DNA of 63,973 nt, filler included, from Phoronis australis (Eukaryota; Animalia; Phoronida), in the NCBI GenBank assembly GCA_002633005.1. It is 4 parts of 4 records of this genome, joined end to end, with 100 filler letters (N's around TTAATTAATTAA, not from the genome) between each part and the next. Parts side by side here need not be neighbours in the genome. Positions count along the whole stretch, not along the records: positions 20,147 to 44,982 come from NMRA01000389.1; 3 more parts are not named here. One strand, written 5' to 3'. Position 1 is the stretch's first letter. Each line of letters opens with the position of its first letter. Both the position numbers and the translations under genes were made by a program. A model generated the notes under the pieces. The model ran no database searches. It had not been told where the DNA came from and worked only from the letters and a program-made list of their open reading frames with translations. This document shows, in pieces, positions 25,419 through 38,266 of this stretch.

Positions 25419-27282
25419 CATTATTCTATGCCTTTTAGATACTTGACCTTTCGTCAAACTATTTGACATTAGCTGACTAGTACACCATCAACATGCGAGA
25501 TCTGACATTGGGAACAGTGACAGTATACCAAAATTTCTGTAGGACCACTGACAAGAATCACACCAGAGGCAAAAGGTATGTTTTCGTCTATTTACACGCC
25601 ATACCCATACCCATACCCCAAAGATAACCTGCGACCTTCGTTAAACCAAAACGAAAAAAGAAAGATTTAAGACGAAAATTTTGAAGGTGAAGTATCGTTG
25701 CTTGGGTTTCATACTGAAGTGTACAGCTCAATACCTTGAAGGTTTTCAAATCAGTGGACATAATACAACAAATGAAAATTCATTGAAAAAAGCCCTATCA
25801 GCCTGAATGTTCGCAAATTTGACAAAAAAGCTTACTGGTGCGAAAATAATTCGACGATCTGAGAGACGAGAAGTCAGTGATTGAAAGTTAATGACAAAGG
25901 AGCGGCAACATTTTAGAGGCGGATAACCAAAACTTGAAAATCAAAATAAAGGCTACAGTTCAGTGCACATTGCCAAACGTTGTTTGGATACTTTACCAAG
26001 GCACTGGATGTTCGAAGAATTCGTTTTAAGAAGCCACGTGCTTACAACTCTCCAAACATTTTGCTCGAAATCACTGTTCAAAATGCATGGTGACATGAAA
26101 ATTCGAACCTTTTGTTTTCGAACTAATGGTCTTTCGGACTTGTGTAGACATTGATGGATTTATTTACTTGCTTGTCTTTGAAAACAAGGAATACCGGCAT
26201 TTCATAACCTTACCCCTCACTTTTTCTCACTTGTAGTTTTCAGTTCACATCATATGATTTCATTGTTTCCAAGGGGTTGACTTCCTTTTATCACTATTTA
26301 AGGTCTTTTAGGTACTTGGCCTTTCGTCGAATTATTTGACTTTGGCTGACCAGTATACCATTAACATGCGAGATCTGACATTGCGAGCAATGACAATATA
26401 CCAAAAGTACTGCAGGACCACTGACATGAATCGCACAAGAGTAAAGGTTCCGTTAACTTGTAAACACCATAGAAGCTTCTGGGTTTTACTACACGTTTGT
26501 GCTCCTGTGTGTCATCAAAACATGACCGACATTTTTTCGATATGGAAAAGGGGAGTGTAAAATCTACTAGCCAGTCATTCAGGCATATGACTTTATTAAT
26601 GCACAATGACTCACATCTAGTTTCAAGGCATGTTCTCTTAAAAACCATTAAAAGCTAGCAAAAACCGAAGACCCATTGTTAATTAAACAACCGTGTCAAA
26701 ACATGATCGAAAATCATTTGATGAAAAGTTTCGAGAAGTGACCTCAGAAACAATGTTGAAGTTCTAAATTGGATTATTGCTCTTTCGTTTTGTGAAAGAC
26801 GTTTAAATCATAGTATCTGAACTGCTATTTCTGAGATAGCAACCTTTGAATCAAGAGAAATGTAGACGCTTTTTCTAGGGTCATACAGGATCTGAACTAG
26901 AAGGATCTTGACCTCGCCACCACTGGCAACGGACTAAAGATGTCGCTGAACCACCAACTCAAAACGTCACTAGAGTCGGAAAAATAAAAAATTGCCTCTT
27001 CCATCAGGAGGTGCGCCATAAGATGCTATCTTAACCAAAATACAAAAGACGATAAAGGTTTGTAAATTTCGTTATTAAAACGTTTTGGACCTGCTGATAG
27101 GTGCAGTTACAGTTCTCCACCTGTGACAACTGTGTGGTTTCCAGGTCGCTGTAAAATATTTTATGTGTTGGCTGGTTTTTAATTGCACGATGGGTTCCTC
27201 TAAGGTATAAAAGCTTAGGCCGTGATGACACACTTATAATTCCATGAACAGATCTGTCCATTTATCAATGGTATTACCATTC

Positions 27283-27377
27283 CCTAGGTGACCACTGTAT
27301 TATGACTTCTGAGGATGGTGTTTAATAAATGACGCCGAAACATGTCAAGTTTTAAAACCGTTGTTGTTTTCATGAAA
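27283..27377 (+). mobile_element. 95-bp retroposed insertion (Penelope-like pLTR fragment) with 12-bp TSD
   Basis: GTATTACCATTC is duplicated at 27271-27282 and 27378-27389. The insert is absent from the other array units. Confidence 0.8.
27305..27350 (+). ncRNA. minimal type I hammerhead ribozyme (Penelope-type)
   Basis: Helix I ACTT/AAGT, core CTGAGGA (27309-27315), helix II GGTGTT/GACGCC, GAAA (27337-27340), palindromic mini helix III ACATGT, and GUC cleavage triplet ending at 27346. Confidence 0.8.
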
Positions 27378-28928
27378 GTATTACCATTCGCTTGGACTAG
27401 AGGTTTCTTACTTTAAATTTCTTGCCTGTGGATTTGCGTTAACGCTAACGCACTTTCCAATCCCGCCCAACAAAGCACTAACATACAAACACAAGCCCTA
27501 ACATACGAAGACATACACCACAAATTAATCTAAATGGCGTTCAAAGTCGCAAAAGCCATGCTGAATGGAATATTTGAATCCCTGTGCAGATACAGAAGCA
27601 AGATGAAGCTGAGCAGTGCTTCTCGTGGTCGATTCCTGCCGGTGTAGGGAAAAAGATTTTTCAATTGATCTGCGTACGGCAAATTGAAAGCAATTGATAG
27701 GTCGATGGTTTGTAAATTTTATCAATACACTTTTTTCCTATTTACACACCACACCCAAACCCAAAGATAACTATTAGTGCTATTAGGCCGAAGGTTCACA
27801 ATTTCGAGAAAAAGCTTATTAGTTCTAAAACAGTTTGACAAGGACAAGGTCTTTTCAATAGATGTGCGTGTGGTTAATTGAAAACAGTCGATTTTTCGCC
27901 TTGTAAATTTTATCAATGCATGTTTCGTCTATTTACACGCCACACCCAAGCCCCAACAATACCCCCATGACCCTTGGATAACCAAAACGAATTCCGAAAG
28001 ATTTAAGGTGCAACTTATGAAGGTAAACTATCATTGCTTGCGTTTCATATTGCATTTACTATAAATAGTGTACAGCTCAATATGTTGAAGGTCGTCAAAT
28101 CCGTACCCGTAATACGTTAAACGAAAACGTATTTAAAAAAGGCCATATAAATTGCTAGTTGAACAACGGTTTCAGTAACTTAATCGAAGTTTATTTGGTG
28201 AAAGGTTTCGAGATGTGATCTCAGAGACATCGTTGATGTCATAAAATATGATCATTTCATTTTTGTTTCGTGAACGGAGTTTAAATAACAGCATTTGAAA
28301 GATTTACCTAAATCTGAACAGCTATTTCTGGACGTTTTTCTAGGGTCATTCAGGTTCTTAACTAGCAGGACCCTGGCCTGATCCTCACTGTCAACGAACC
28401 AAAGATAGCATTGAAGCATCACCTTAAAATGACACCAGAGTCGAAAAGGTAAGAAATTCCGAAAATTGACCCTTTTTTTGAGGGCGTGCACCATGAGATG
28501 GCATCAAGGTTCCGTTCATAGAATCTTCTGGTTTTTACTAAACGTTTGTACTCCTGTGAGTCATCAAAATATGACCGACACTTCTTTGATTTGGAAAAGC
28601 GAAATGAAAAATTTAGTCGCCAGTCATTCAGGCATCTGACTTTATTGATGTACACTGTTTCACACCTGATTTCAGGGCACAGTTTCTCAAAAACCATAGA
28701 ATTTAGCACAAAAAACAAGCGCACATTGATAGTAAGGCACCGGCATTAACAACAAGACCGAATTTCATTTGAAGAAAATTATCCACTTGGGAAATACAGT
28801 TAGTGCTCTAAAATATGAGCATTTCATTTTAATTTTGTAAAAGGTATTTATATCATAGAAATGAAATTTTACATAAATTTGAAAAGCGATTTCTGATACG
28901 AAGCTTTAAAGTTAGAGAAATGTAGACG

Positions 28929-29829
28929 TTTTTTATTCGCCCGCATATTTATATGTGAGTGTTTGTCATCTCTGCCTGCCCGGTTGTCCGGGCGTCCGGG
29001 ATACGGCGTCCACAGCTGTATCTCTTAAATCCTCACAGGACCTTGATGAGATTTGGCAGATGTGCTTCTATAAGGCTGACGACAGTTGACGACGTATTTC
29101 GGACGGATCCGCCTACCGGTGGCATTTCTGTTTCTTCAAAAGTCATCGGATTTCCATAAAACTTGGCTCATGGGCCAATAAGATGACGCTATCCTCTCGT
29201 TTTCGAATGACACCTAATGGCAAATTTTACTGCCCTCGAGTATATTTTTGGCGCCTACCCCTCCATCAATCAAACCACTCTAAGGATGATTGTGAAAATT
29301 GGCATGTTCTTACTGTGAAGAAGACAGCTGACAATGGCTTTCCGACGACTTCGACTACCGTGACACCTCCTAGTGGCATTTTCCTTTGAATTTGCGCCCT
29401 GCCCACGGCTCTGCAAGATCTTTATCAAATTTAGCAAGTATCTTTATATTAAGTTGACAACGGATGACAACGATTTCAGGACGGATTGGACTACCGGTGT
29501 GCCTCCTAGTGGCAATTTAATTTTTTTTTAAGTTTACCTAAAGTCTGTATATTCAAAGGTTCTTTGACGGATTTTCATAAAATTTGGCAGATAGGCATAT
29601 ATTAGTGAAATGGTGTCTATCTTTCATTTCCGGATGGATTGGGAGTATTTTGCGGCACCTAGCGGCTATTTTTTTTACTGTTTTCGAGTCTTTTTGTCGT
29701 CCGCCCCTCCGTCAACCAAACCACTCTATGGATGATTTTAAAAATTGGCATACATGTTTTTACTGCAAAAAGGTCGGCTGACGGTCTTGTTCCGACGAAG
29801 TTGACTACTGTGGCGCTTCTTGGTGGCAA
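28929..29829 (+). mobile_element. HINE-like element, copy 3, 3'-truncated
   Basis: Starts ttttttattcgcccgcatatttatatgtg and has the same central repeats. It joins array sequence at gtggcaa. Confidence 0.8.
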
Positions 29830-32800
29830 ATTGAAAAATTTGATTTTGTCGGTTGTTTGTAAAATACACGTTTTTGTCTATTTACAAGCCATACACATAC
29901 CCCAACGATGTGCTGCAACCCATGGATAACCAAAACAGGAGAAGGATTTTGAATGAAAATTATGAAGGTAAACTAACGTTGGTTGCGTTTCATACTGCAT
30001 TAATATAAATAACTGCAGTTCGATACTTTGAAGGATCTCCAAGTCCAAACACCCATAACACGAGAAATGAAACTGTTTTTAAAAATGCCTTATCAGGCCC
30101 AAAGTTCACGATTCCGACAGACAAGAAAGTTAGTTTGTCCGAAATAAGGCCACGAAACCAGAAGCCGGTTATTCAAAGTCAACGACAGCGAAGCAGCAAA
30201 ATTTTAGTGGCGGTAAAACAAAGTTTGAAAATGTAAATGAAAGCGAAAGCTCAGTGCACATTGCGAACTGTGTTTGAATCTTTTAAAGAGGCACTGGCTC
30301 TTCGAGTGTTTAATATCCCAAAATATTTTGATCCAAATCACCGTCCAGAACCTCATGTCATTAAAGTTTGAACTTATAGCTTTCGCAGTTATGGGCTTTG
30401 TACTTGCGTGTATTTGTGGACTTAAAAACCTTCGGAAAAATGAAAGCCGCGATTTCATACCTTCAGCAAACACACTTTATCACTTCTAGTTTTAAATTGA
30501 AGTCATGTAGGTTTTATCGCTTCTCAAGGCTTGGTTTCCTTTTAACCTTATTTTAGATTTAATAGCGACTTGGTCATTCTTCGAACGGTGGACTTTGGCT
30601 GACTAGTATACCATTAACGCGCGGAATTTAACGTCGAAAGCAGTGACAGTATACCCAAGATAGGCCCGGACAACTAACACGAATGACACCAGTAATGTTC
30701 ATCTGAAACCATCCTTGTTTGATTTGAAAAAGCGAAGTATACCATTAACGCGCGGAATTTAACGTTCAAAATTTACTCGCCAGTCATTCAACATCTGTCT
30801 TTATTCATGAACAGTTTCACACCTGGTTTCAGGGCAAAAAACTGTAAATTTAAGAAAAAACAAAAGCACATCAATGTTAAAACAATGGTATCAATCACAC
30901 AGTGGAATTTCATTCGATGAAAATAAATGTTTCAGAAGTCATCACAGAAAAACAGGTAATATGATCATTTCATTTTCGTTTTTTGAACGGTGTTGAAATC
31001 AGGGTATTTGACATTTTACCTAAATCTGAACTGCTATTCTGATACAAATCTTCAAAGTTAGAGAAATTTGAACGTTATTTCAAAGATAATACATGATCTG
31101 AACACCCATGACCTCACCACGACTGACAGAGAACCAAAGATCACACTGAACCACCTACTCAAATGATACCGTAATTGGAAAGGTAAAAAAAGCTCTGAAG
31201 TTGCACCTTCCGTGAGGGCGCGCTATGAGATGCTGTCTTATACGGTACACGAAGAACGATAGAGGTATAAAACTTTCGTTATTGATGACATTTTGTCTGG
31301 CTGATACTTGCAGTTACAGTCGTCTACCTGTGTCAACTTTGTGGTGTCCAAATCATTGTAACGGCGTTTAAGTGCTGTCGAACATTGTTTGGATCCTTTC
31401 GAGAGGAGGCACTGGCACTTCCAAAAAGTAGTTTCATACAGGAACGTGAAATGTCCGAACATTTTGCTAACTGTAATAAATGAAAGTTCGAAATTTTAGC
31501 TTTCAAACTAATGGACTTTCGACCTAGTTTGGACTTTTGGATTTATGAACTTGCAAACCTTCGAACCAATGAATAGGTGATTTTCATACCTTCTGCTCAC
31601 ACTCTTTCTCACTTGTACTTTTCAATTCAGATCATAAGGTTTCATTGCTTCCAATGAGATGACTTTGTTTGAACATCATTGTATGCTTTTAAGGAATTGA
31701 CCTAATTTCTTCAAGCCACTGGACATTGGCTGACTATTTTACCATTGTCATGCGGGATCTGACGTCGCGAGCAGTGAGAGTGTACTAAAGGTGTCGCTGG
31801 ACAACTCACAGGAATGAGATCAGAGTCAAAAGGTAGGCTGCATCATGAGATGCTGCCCTAAAAGATACATGAAGGACGATAGAGGTGTGTAACTGACGTT
31901 ATTGACAACATTTTGGTCTGACTGAAACTTGTGACAACTTTGTGGTGTCTCGATCATTGTAACAGCTTTAAAGTGATAATAGTATTTTACTTGTACTCTG
32001 ACTTGTACTCAAGTTTTAGTGTTTGGTTCGTGATGATGCACATGTACTTTAAATGGATACACCTCTCCATGCACCAAATCTATCACCATTCGCTTTCACT
32101 TGTCGTTTGTTACTTGTCTTGCTGGTACATTCGTAATGACGATAACGCTCTTTCTAATTTCGACTAACATTTGCACTAACATACTAACACATACCCTAAC
32201 ACACTAAAAACTGAATCCAAATGACGATCCTGTGTGCATGCTGAATGCTGTTAACTGAGTTCCTCTGCAGATGCCATAACCAGGTGGAGCTGAGCAGTGG
32301 TTCCCTTGATCGATTACTCCCGTGGCATGGAGAAGGATTTTTCAACCTACATTGATTATTCAATTATCAATTGGAAAACAACAATTGATTTCTCAATTGT
32401 TTATAAATTTTATTATTCCACGGTTTTGTTTATTTACTTGCTATACTCACACAACAACGATACGTTGCGACCCCTGGATTACCAAGACGGAAGAAGGAGA
32501 ATGGAAGAAGAATGATAAATGGAGACTAAAATTAAGAATGTAAAATAATTTTGCTTGCGATTCATACTGAATTGTTATAAATAAGGTAGAGCTCTATACT
32601 ATGAAGGTTCACAAGTCTAAAGGCAAATCCCCGAGGGTTCACAGATCCGACAGAAAGAAAAGATAGTTAGTTCGAAACTAGTCCGATGGTCTATTATACC
32701 TGAAACCTGTGATTTAGCCATCGACAGGAAGCATCAAGATTGTAGTGGTGGTAAACAAATATTTGAAAATGTAAATCAATGCAACATCTCTGCACATTGC

Positions 32801-35800
32801 CGAATATTGTTTTGATCCTTCCGACAAGCTCTCAGGGTTCCATAAAGTAGTTTCAAATAGGCACGTGCATGTAAATACCCGAACCTTCTTCTCCAAACAA
32901 CTTTTAGCTTTGGACCGGTGCGGACCTTCGAATTTATAGATATTTGGACGTTTAAGCTTTCAGAACAATGAATACCTTGAATTCATACCTTCTGCTTACA
33001 CTCTTTCTCACTCGTAGATTTAAATTCAGATCATACGATTTCATTGCCTCCAAGGGGTTGACTTCGTTTGAATTTTATTGTAGGTTTTTAGAGACTTCGC
33101 CAAATTTCTTCGAACCACTGGACTGACTAATATACCACTAGCGTCGCGAACAGTGGGATGAAACCACAGGCCACTTACACGAATGACACCATAGCCAAAA
33201 AGTATGGTGCCATTAAGCTGTAAACATCCTGGAAGTTACATGCTTTGACCGTATGTGCATTTTAGGACCCAACAATTCACACCTGATTTCAGGGCACAAC
33301 GAATTATTTCTCAAAAACCGTAAAATTTAGCTTAGGACAATAAGCACATTAATGATAAACCAATGGTATCAATAACAAGATCGAATTTAATTTAATGAAG
33401 GTGTTTCAGAAGTCATCTCAGAACTCTGTTAAAGTTGTAAAATATGCTCTTATCATTTTCGTTTTCTGAACAGTGTTTAAATCATAGTATTTGAAAGTTT
33501 TACATCAATGTGAACTGTCCTTTCTGAGATACAAACGTTAGAGAAATGTAGAAGTTCTTTTCTAAGGTCTTACAGGCTTCGAACAACAAAGACCATGGCC
33601 TTGCCACCACTGGCAGTGAACCAAAGATGTTGCTGAACCACGAACACAAAATAACACCAGAGTGGAAAAGGTAAAAACGTCTTGCAGGCTGCTTCTTCCG
33701 TGAGGGTGCACGCCATGAGTCATGAAAGACAACAGTCGTGTATAGCTTTTGTTTTTTATAATATTTTAGTCTGGGTGGCACTTGCAGTTACAGTTCTCCA
33801 CCTATGACAATTGTGTGGTGTCCGGGTCGCGTCATTATAAAATATTTTAAGTTTTGGCTGTATTTTACTTGTACTCTGGGTTGTACTAAGGTTTCAGTGT
33901 TTGGTTCGTGATGACGCACATGTACTTCAAATGGATACACCTCTCCATCCACCAAATCTATTACCATTCACTTGCACTACACGTTTGTTAATTGTCTTTC
34001 TCGTGTATTCGCGTTGACGCTGATACTCTTTTTAATCCCGTCTAACAATTACACTAACCTACTGACACAAGCCCAAACGTACCCAGAAAGACAGCATGAA
34101 TAAATCCAAATAACGTAAAATGTCACAAAATTTTGTTAATGCATGTTTTGTTGTCTATTGACTCGCCATACCTGCGCAACAGCGATACGCTGCAACCCAT
34201 GGATAACCAAAACGGAAGAAAAAGCATGGATGAAGAAAATTCACAACCGAATACTAAAGCTAAGAAGGAAATCGAATATTGCTTGCGAATCACAATGCAT
34301 TGGTATAAATAGGATAGAGCTCGATACTCCGAATGTGTACAAGTTAGAAGGCAAATTATGCGACAAATGAAAACGTTTTCAAAAGGACCTTGAGTCCGAA
34401 GGTTCACAAATCCAACAAAAAAGTCTAGTTGAAACTATTGACGAGGTCTGACAACAGAGCAGCAAAATTTTACTGGCTGTATTCCAAAATTTGATAATGT
34501 AACTAAATGTAGCAGCACAGTAAGCATTGACAAAATTTGTTTGGATCCCATCGAGGAGCACTGGCTCTTCGAATCACTGGTTTCAAACGGCACGTGTATA
34601 GAAACTAACTCCAAAATTTTTCACGAAATCACTTTTCGGAACCTCTTGTCCTGAAAGATCGAACATTTACTTTTGAGAATGATAAGCTTTCGGACTTCAG
34701 TGGATATTAAGATTTATGGATTCTTGGTCTAGCTAACATTGAAACCGAGGAATACCGTGATTTCATACATTCTGTCCAAACACCTTCTCACTTGCAGATT
34801 TCAGGTCGTATTGCTTTATCATTTTCAAGGGGTTCATTTTTAGCGAGTTGTCCCAGTGTCCAACAACCGGACTTTGGCTGACTAATATACCATTCACGTG
34901 TGATAACTGAAGTTGCCAGCAGTGACAATATATCAAATGTGTTGCAGGACCACTATGACGGAAGACATCAGAGTCAAACGGGGTGGTGCAGTTCATCTGT
35001 AAACGTCCTGGACGTGTGTACTCCTATGTGCAACTTGTTTGATTCGAAAAAATGAAGTGAAAATTCTATTCGCTACTCATTCAGGCACCGTCTTTATTCA
35101 TGTACACTGTTTCATACCTGGTTCTAGGGCACAATCTCTCAAAAACTGCAAAATTTAGCTAAAGAGAAAAGCACATTATTAATAAAACAACGGTGTCTAT
35201 AACAATATCGAATTTCATTTGATAAAAATATTTCGGAAGTGGTATCAGAAACACTGTTAATTATCTAAAATATGATCATTACATTTTCGTTTTGTGGACG
35301 ACGTTTAAATAATAGTATTTGAATGTTTCACATAAATCTGAAGAGCTATTTCTGAGAAATGTACTTAACACTTCTTTTAGGGTCATACAGGATCTGAACA
35401 AGCAGGATCCACCACTGGCAACAAACCAAACATGTCGCTGAGGCACTAACACAAAAAGACACCAGAGTCAGAAAGGTAACAGAAGCCCGGAAGTTGCCTC
35501 TTGCGTCAGGCCACATGCCATGAGGTGCTGTCTTACCAGATGCATGAAGCACGATAGAGGTAACTGTCGTTTGGTCTTTACCTGTTACCACTGTTTGGTG
35601 TCCATTTCGTTGTAATAAACTTCAAGTGTTGCCTGCATTTTAGTTGTACCCTTGGTTCTACTCATGTATTAATGCTTGGGCCGTGATGACGCACATTTAC
35701 TCTAATGAATAGATCTGCCCATTTGTCAATTGTATTTACAATTCGCTTGGACTAGACGTTTGTTATTTTTCTTGCTTGTGCTTTCGCGTTGACGCTAACA

Positions 35801-37014
35801 CACTTTTCTAATCCCGCCCAAGAATTGCCCAAACATACCAGGAAAGACGGCATGAATTAATCCAAAGGACGTTCAAGGTTACAAAATACGTGCTGAATGG
35901 TGTTATTTGAATTCCTCTGCAGATGCCACAACCAGATGGAGATGAACAATGGTTCCCGTGACCGATTTCTGTCGGCGTAGAGACAAGAATTTTTCAATTG
36001 ATCTCCGAGTGGCAAATTGAAAACTGTTGATTTGTCGATTGTTTGAAAAGTTCATTAATACAGGTCTTTGTCTATTTACGCGGTATAACCGTACCTCAAC
36101 GATACGCTGCTAACCTCGGATAACCAAAACGGATGAGGAAGGATTTAAGACGAAAATTATGTAGGTGAACTAACGTTGTTTCCGTTTAATGCCACAATAT
36201 ATTTTGGATGCAGCTCGGCACTATGAAGGTTATCAAGTCCTGACACCTAATGATACGGAAAATGAAATGTTTTTAAAAAGACCCTATTTGGCCAAGTATT
36301 CACAACTCCGACAGAAAAGAAAGCTAGTTAGATCAAAACTGGTTTCAAGATTTATGATACCAGAAACCTCAACAGCAGCGGAACAGCAAAACTTCAGTGG
36401 CGGTAACCACTTTGTTTGCCTCCTTTCCTGAGGCACAGGCTCTTCGAAGAACTAGTGTCAAACAGGCGTGCGCTTCCAAATTACCGATTATTTTGCTCGA
36501 AATCGCCGTTCGGAACCTCGTGTCATGAAAGTTTGAACTTTTAGCTTTCGAACTAATGGGGTTTAGGACTTGTGTTGATCTTCGAATTTGAAGACTTTAA
36601 AAAAAAACCGTGAATTTATACCTTAGGTCGTACCTTTCCTCATTTCTAGTTTTCAATTGAGGACATATAGGTTTTACTTCTTCGGACGTGTTGATTTCCT
36701 TTTAACCTCATAGTAGATTTTTAGCGACTTGGCTTTTCGTCGATCCACTGGACTTTGGCTGACTAGTATACCATTAGCATGCAGGATATGACGCTGAGAA
36801 CAGCGACATGGTACGAAATGTGCTGCAGTACCACTTACACTAATGACACCAGAGACAAAAGGTATGGTTCTGCTAAGCTGTAAATCTCCTGGAAGTTACT
36901 TGTTTCGACTGCATCCGAGTTTGTTTACCATAGAAAAGTAAAGTGAAACATCTACTCGCCAGTCATTCAGGCATTTCTTTTTTCATTTACACTCTTTCTC
37001 ACCTGGTTTCAGCT

Positions 37015-37092
37015 TGTTAGGAACGACCCCTGGTGGAACTTGTAGAAATCGAATAAAGCACTTCCGGTATAGTCATTTCAACGTGTTTTCTG
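37015..37092 (+). repeat. 5' LTR (lacks the last ~13 bp)
   Basis: Matches the 3' LTR with 4 differences in 78 bp, then runs into a TGGTG.. PBS-like sequence. Confidence 0.9.
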
Positions 37093-38266
37093 GTGATTAG
37101 TGTGTGATGGTTAACAATTAAGAGAAAAACGGAGCCGAAGAGCAGATTTCACAACCGGAAGTCGAGATTTCAGCTACGGCGCTACCGGAAATGAGCATTT
37201 TCTAGAGCAAACAAAATTTTGAGTGGCTGTGCGATTTTATAAAGTATGCCCAGTAGTGTACTGTCCAGTGTTAGATAAATACGAAGCTAGAATAGTAAAG
37301 AAAAGACAATCGTAATATCCTGCTACTGTCAATGTTACTTCTGAGTGGAACATTGCATAATAACCCTCATCATGGCAGAAGCCGTTGCAAACAGGGCAGC
37401 AAATTTGATTCCCCCACCTCAGCCCATGGAAGTAAAAGGCCACTTAGCCAGCAATTGGCAATTTTTCCGTGAGACATTGAAAAACTATGTCATTGCCACT
37501 GAACTGAATCTGAAAGGTGAAGCGATCATAGTAGCAACCTTGCTGACTATAATGGGGAAGGACTGCTATCAGATCTACCAAAATCTATCTCTCAGCGATG
37601 AAGATCGACAGGACTCGAGCAAGATTTTGGATGCTCTCACCAGTTATTTCGAGCCTCAGCGCAACACGGTATGNGTGTTTTCTGGTGATTAGTGTGTGAT
37701 GGTTAACAATTAAGAGAAAAACGGAGCCGAAGAGCAGACTTCACAACCGGAAGTCGAGATTTCAGCTACAGCGCTACCGGAAATGAGCATTTTCTAGAGC
37801 AAACAAAATTTTGTATGGCTGTGCGATTTTATAAAGTATGCCCAGTAGTGTACTGTCCAGTGTTAGATAAATACGAAGCTAGAATAGTAAAGAAAAGACA
37901 ATCGTAATATCCTGTTATTGTCAATGTTACTTCTGAGTGGAACATTGCATAAAAACCCTCATCATGGCAGAAGCCGTTGCAAACAGGGCAGCAAACCTGA
38001 TTCCCCCACCTCAGCCCATGGAAGTAAAAGGCCACTTAGCCAGCAATTGGCAATTTTTCCGTGAGACATTGAAAAACTAATGTCATTGCCACTGAACTGA
38101 ATCTGAAAGGTGAAGCGATCATAGTAGCAACCTTGCTGACTATAATGGGGAAGGACTGCTATCAGATCTACCAAAATCTATCTCTCAGCGATGAAGATCG
38201 ACAGGACTCGAGCAAGATTTTGGATGCTCTCACCAGTTATTTCGAGCCTCAGCGCAACACGGTATG
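37083..38266 (+). repeat. 592-bp tandem duplication of the Gypsy 5' leader and gag start, probably an assembly/haplotype artefact
   Basis: Two near-identical copies are joined at a single n (37674). The ATGs are at 37372 and 37964. Confidence 0.8.

Noticed and set aside
37083-38266. 592-bp duplication of the Gypsy leader and gag as a real rearrangement
   Set aside because: The junction is a single n, typical of unmerged overlapping contigs or haplotypes. A similar n-joined duplication occurs at ~20848.
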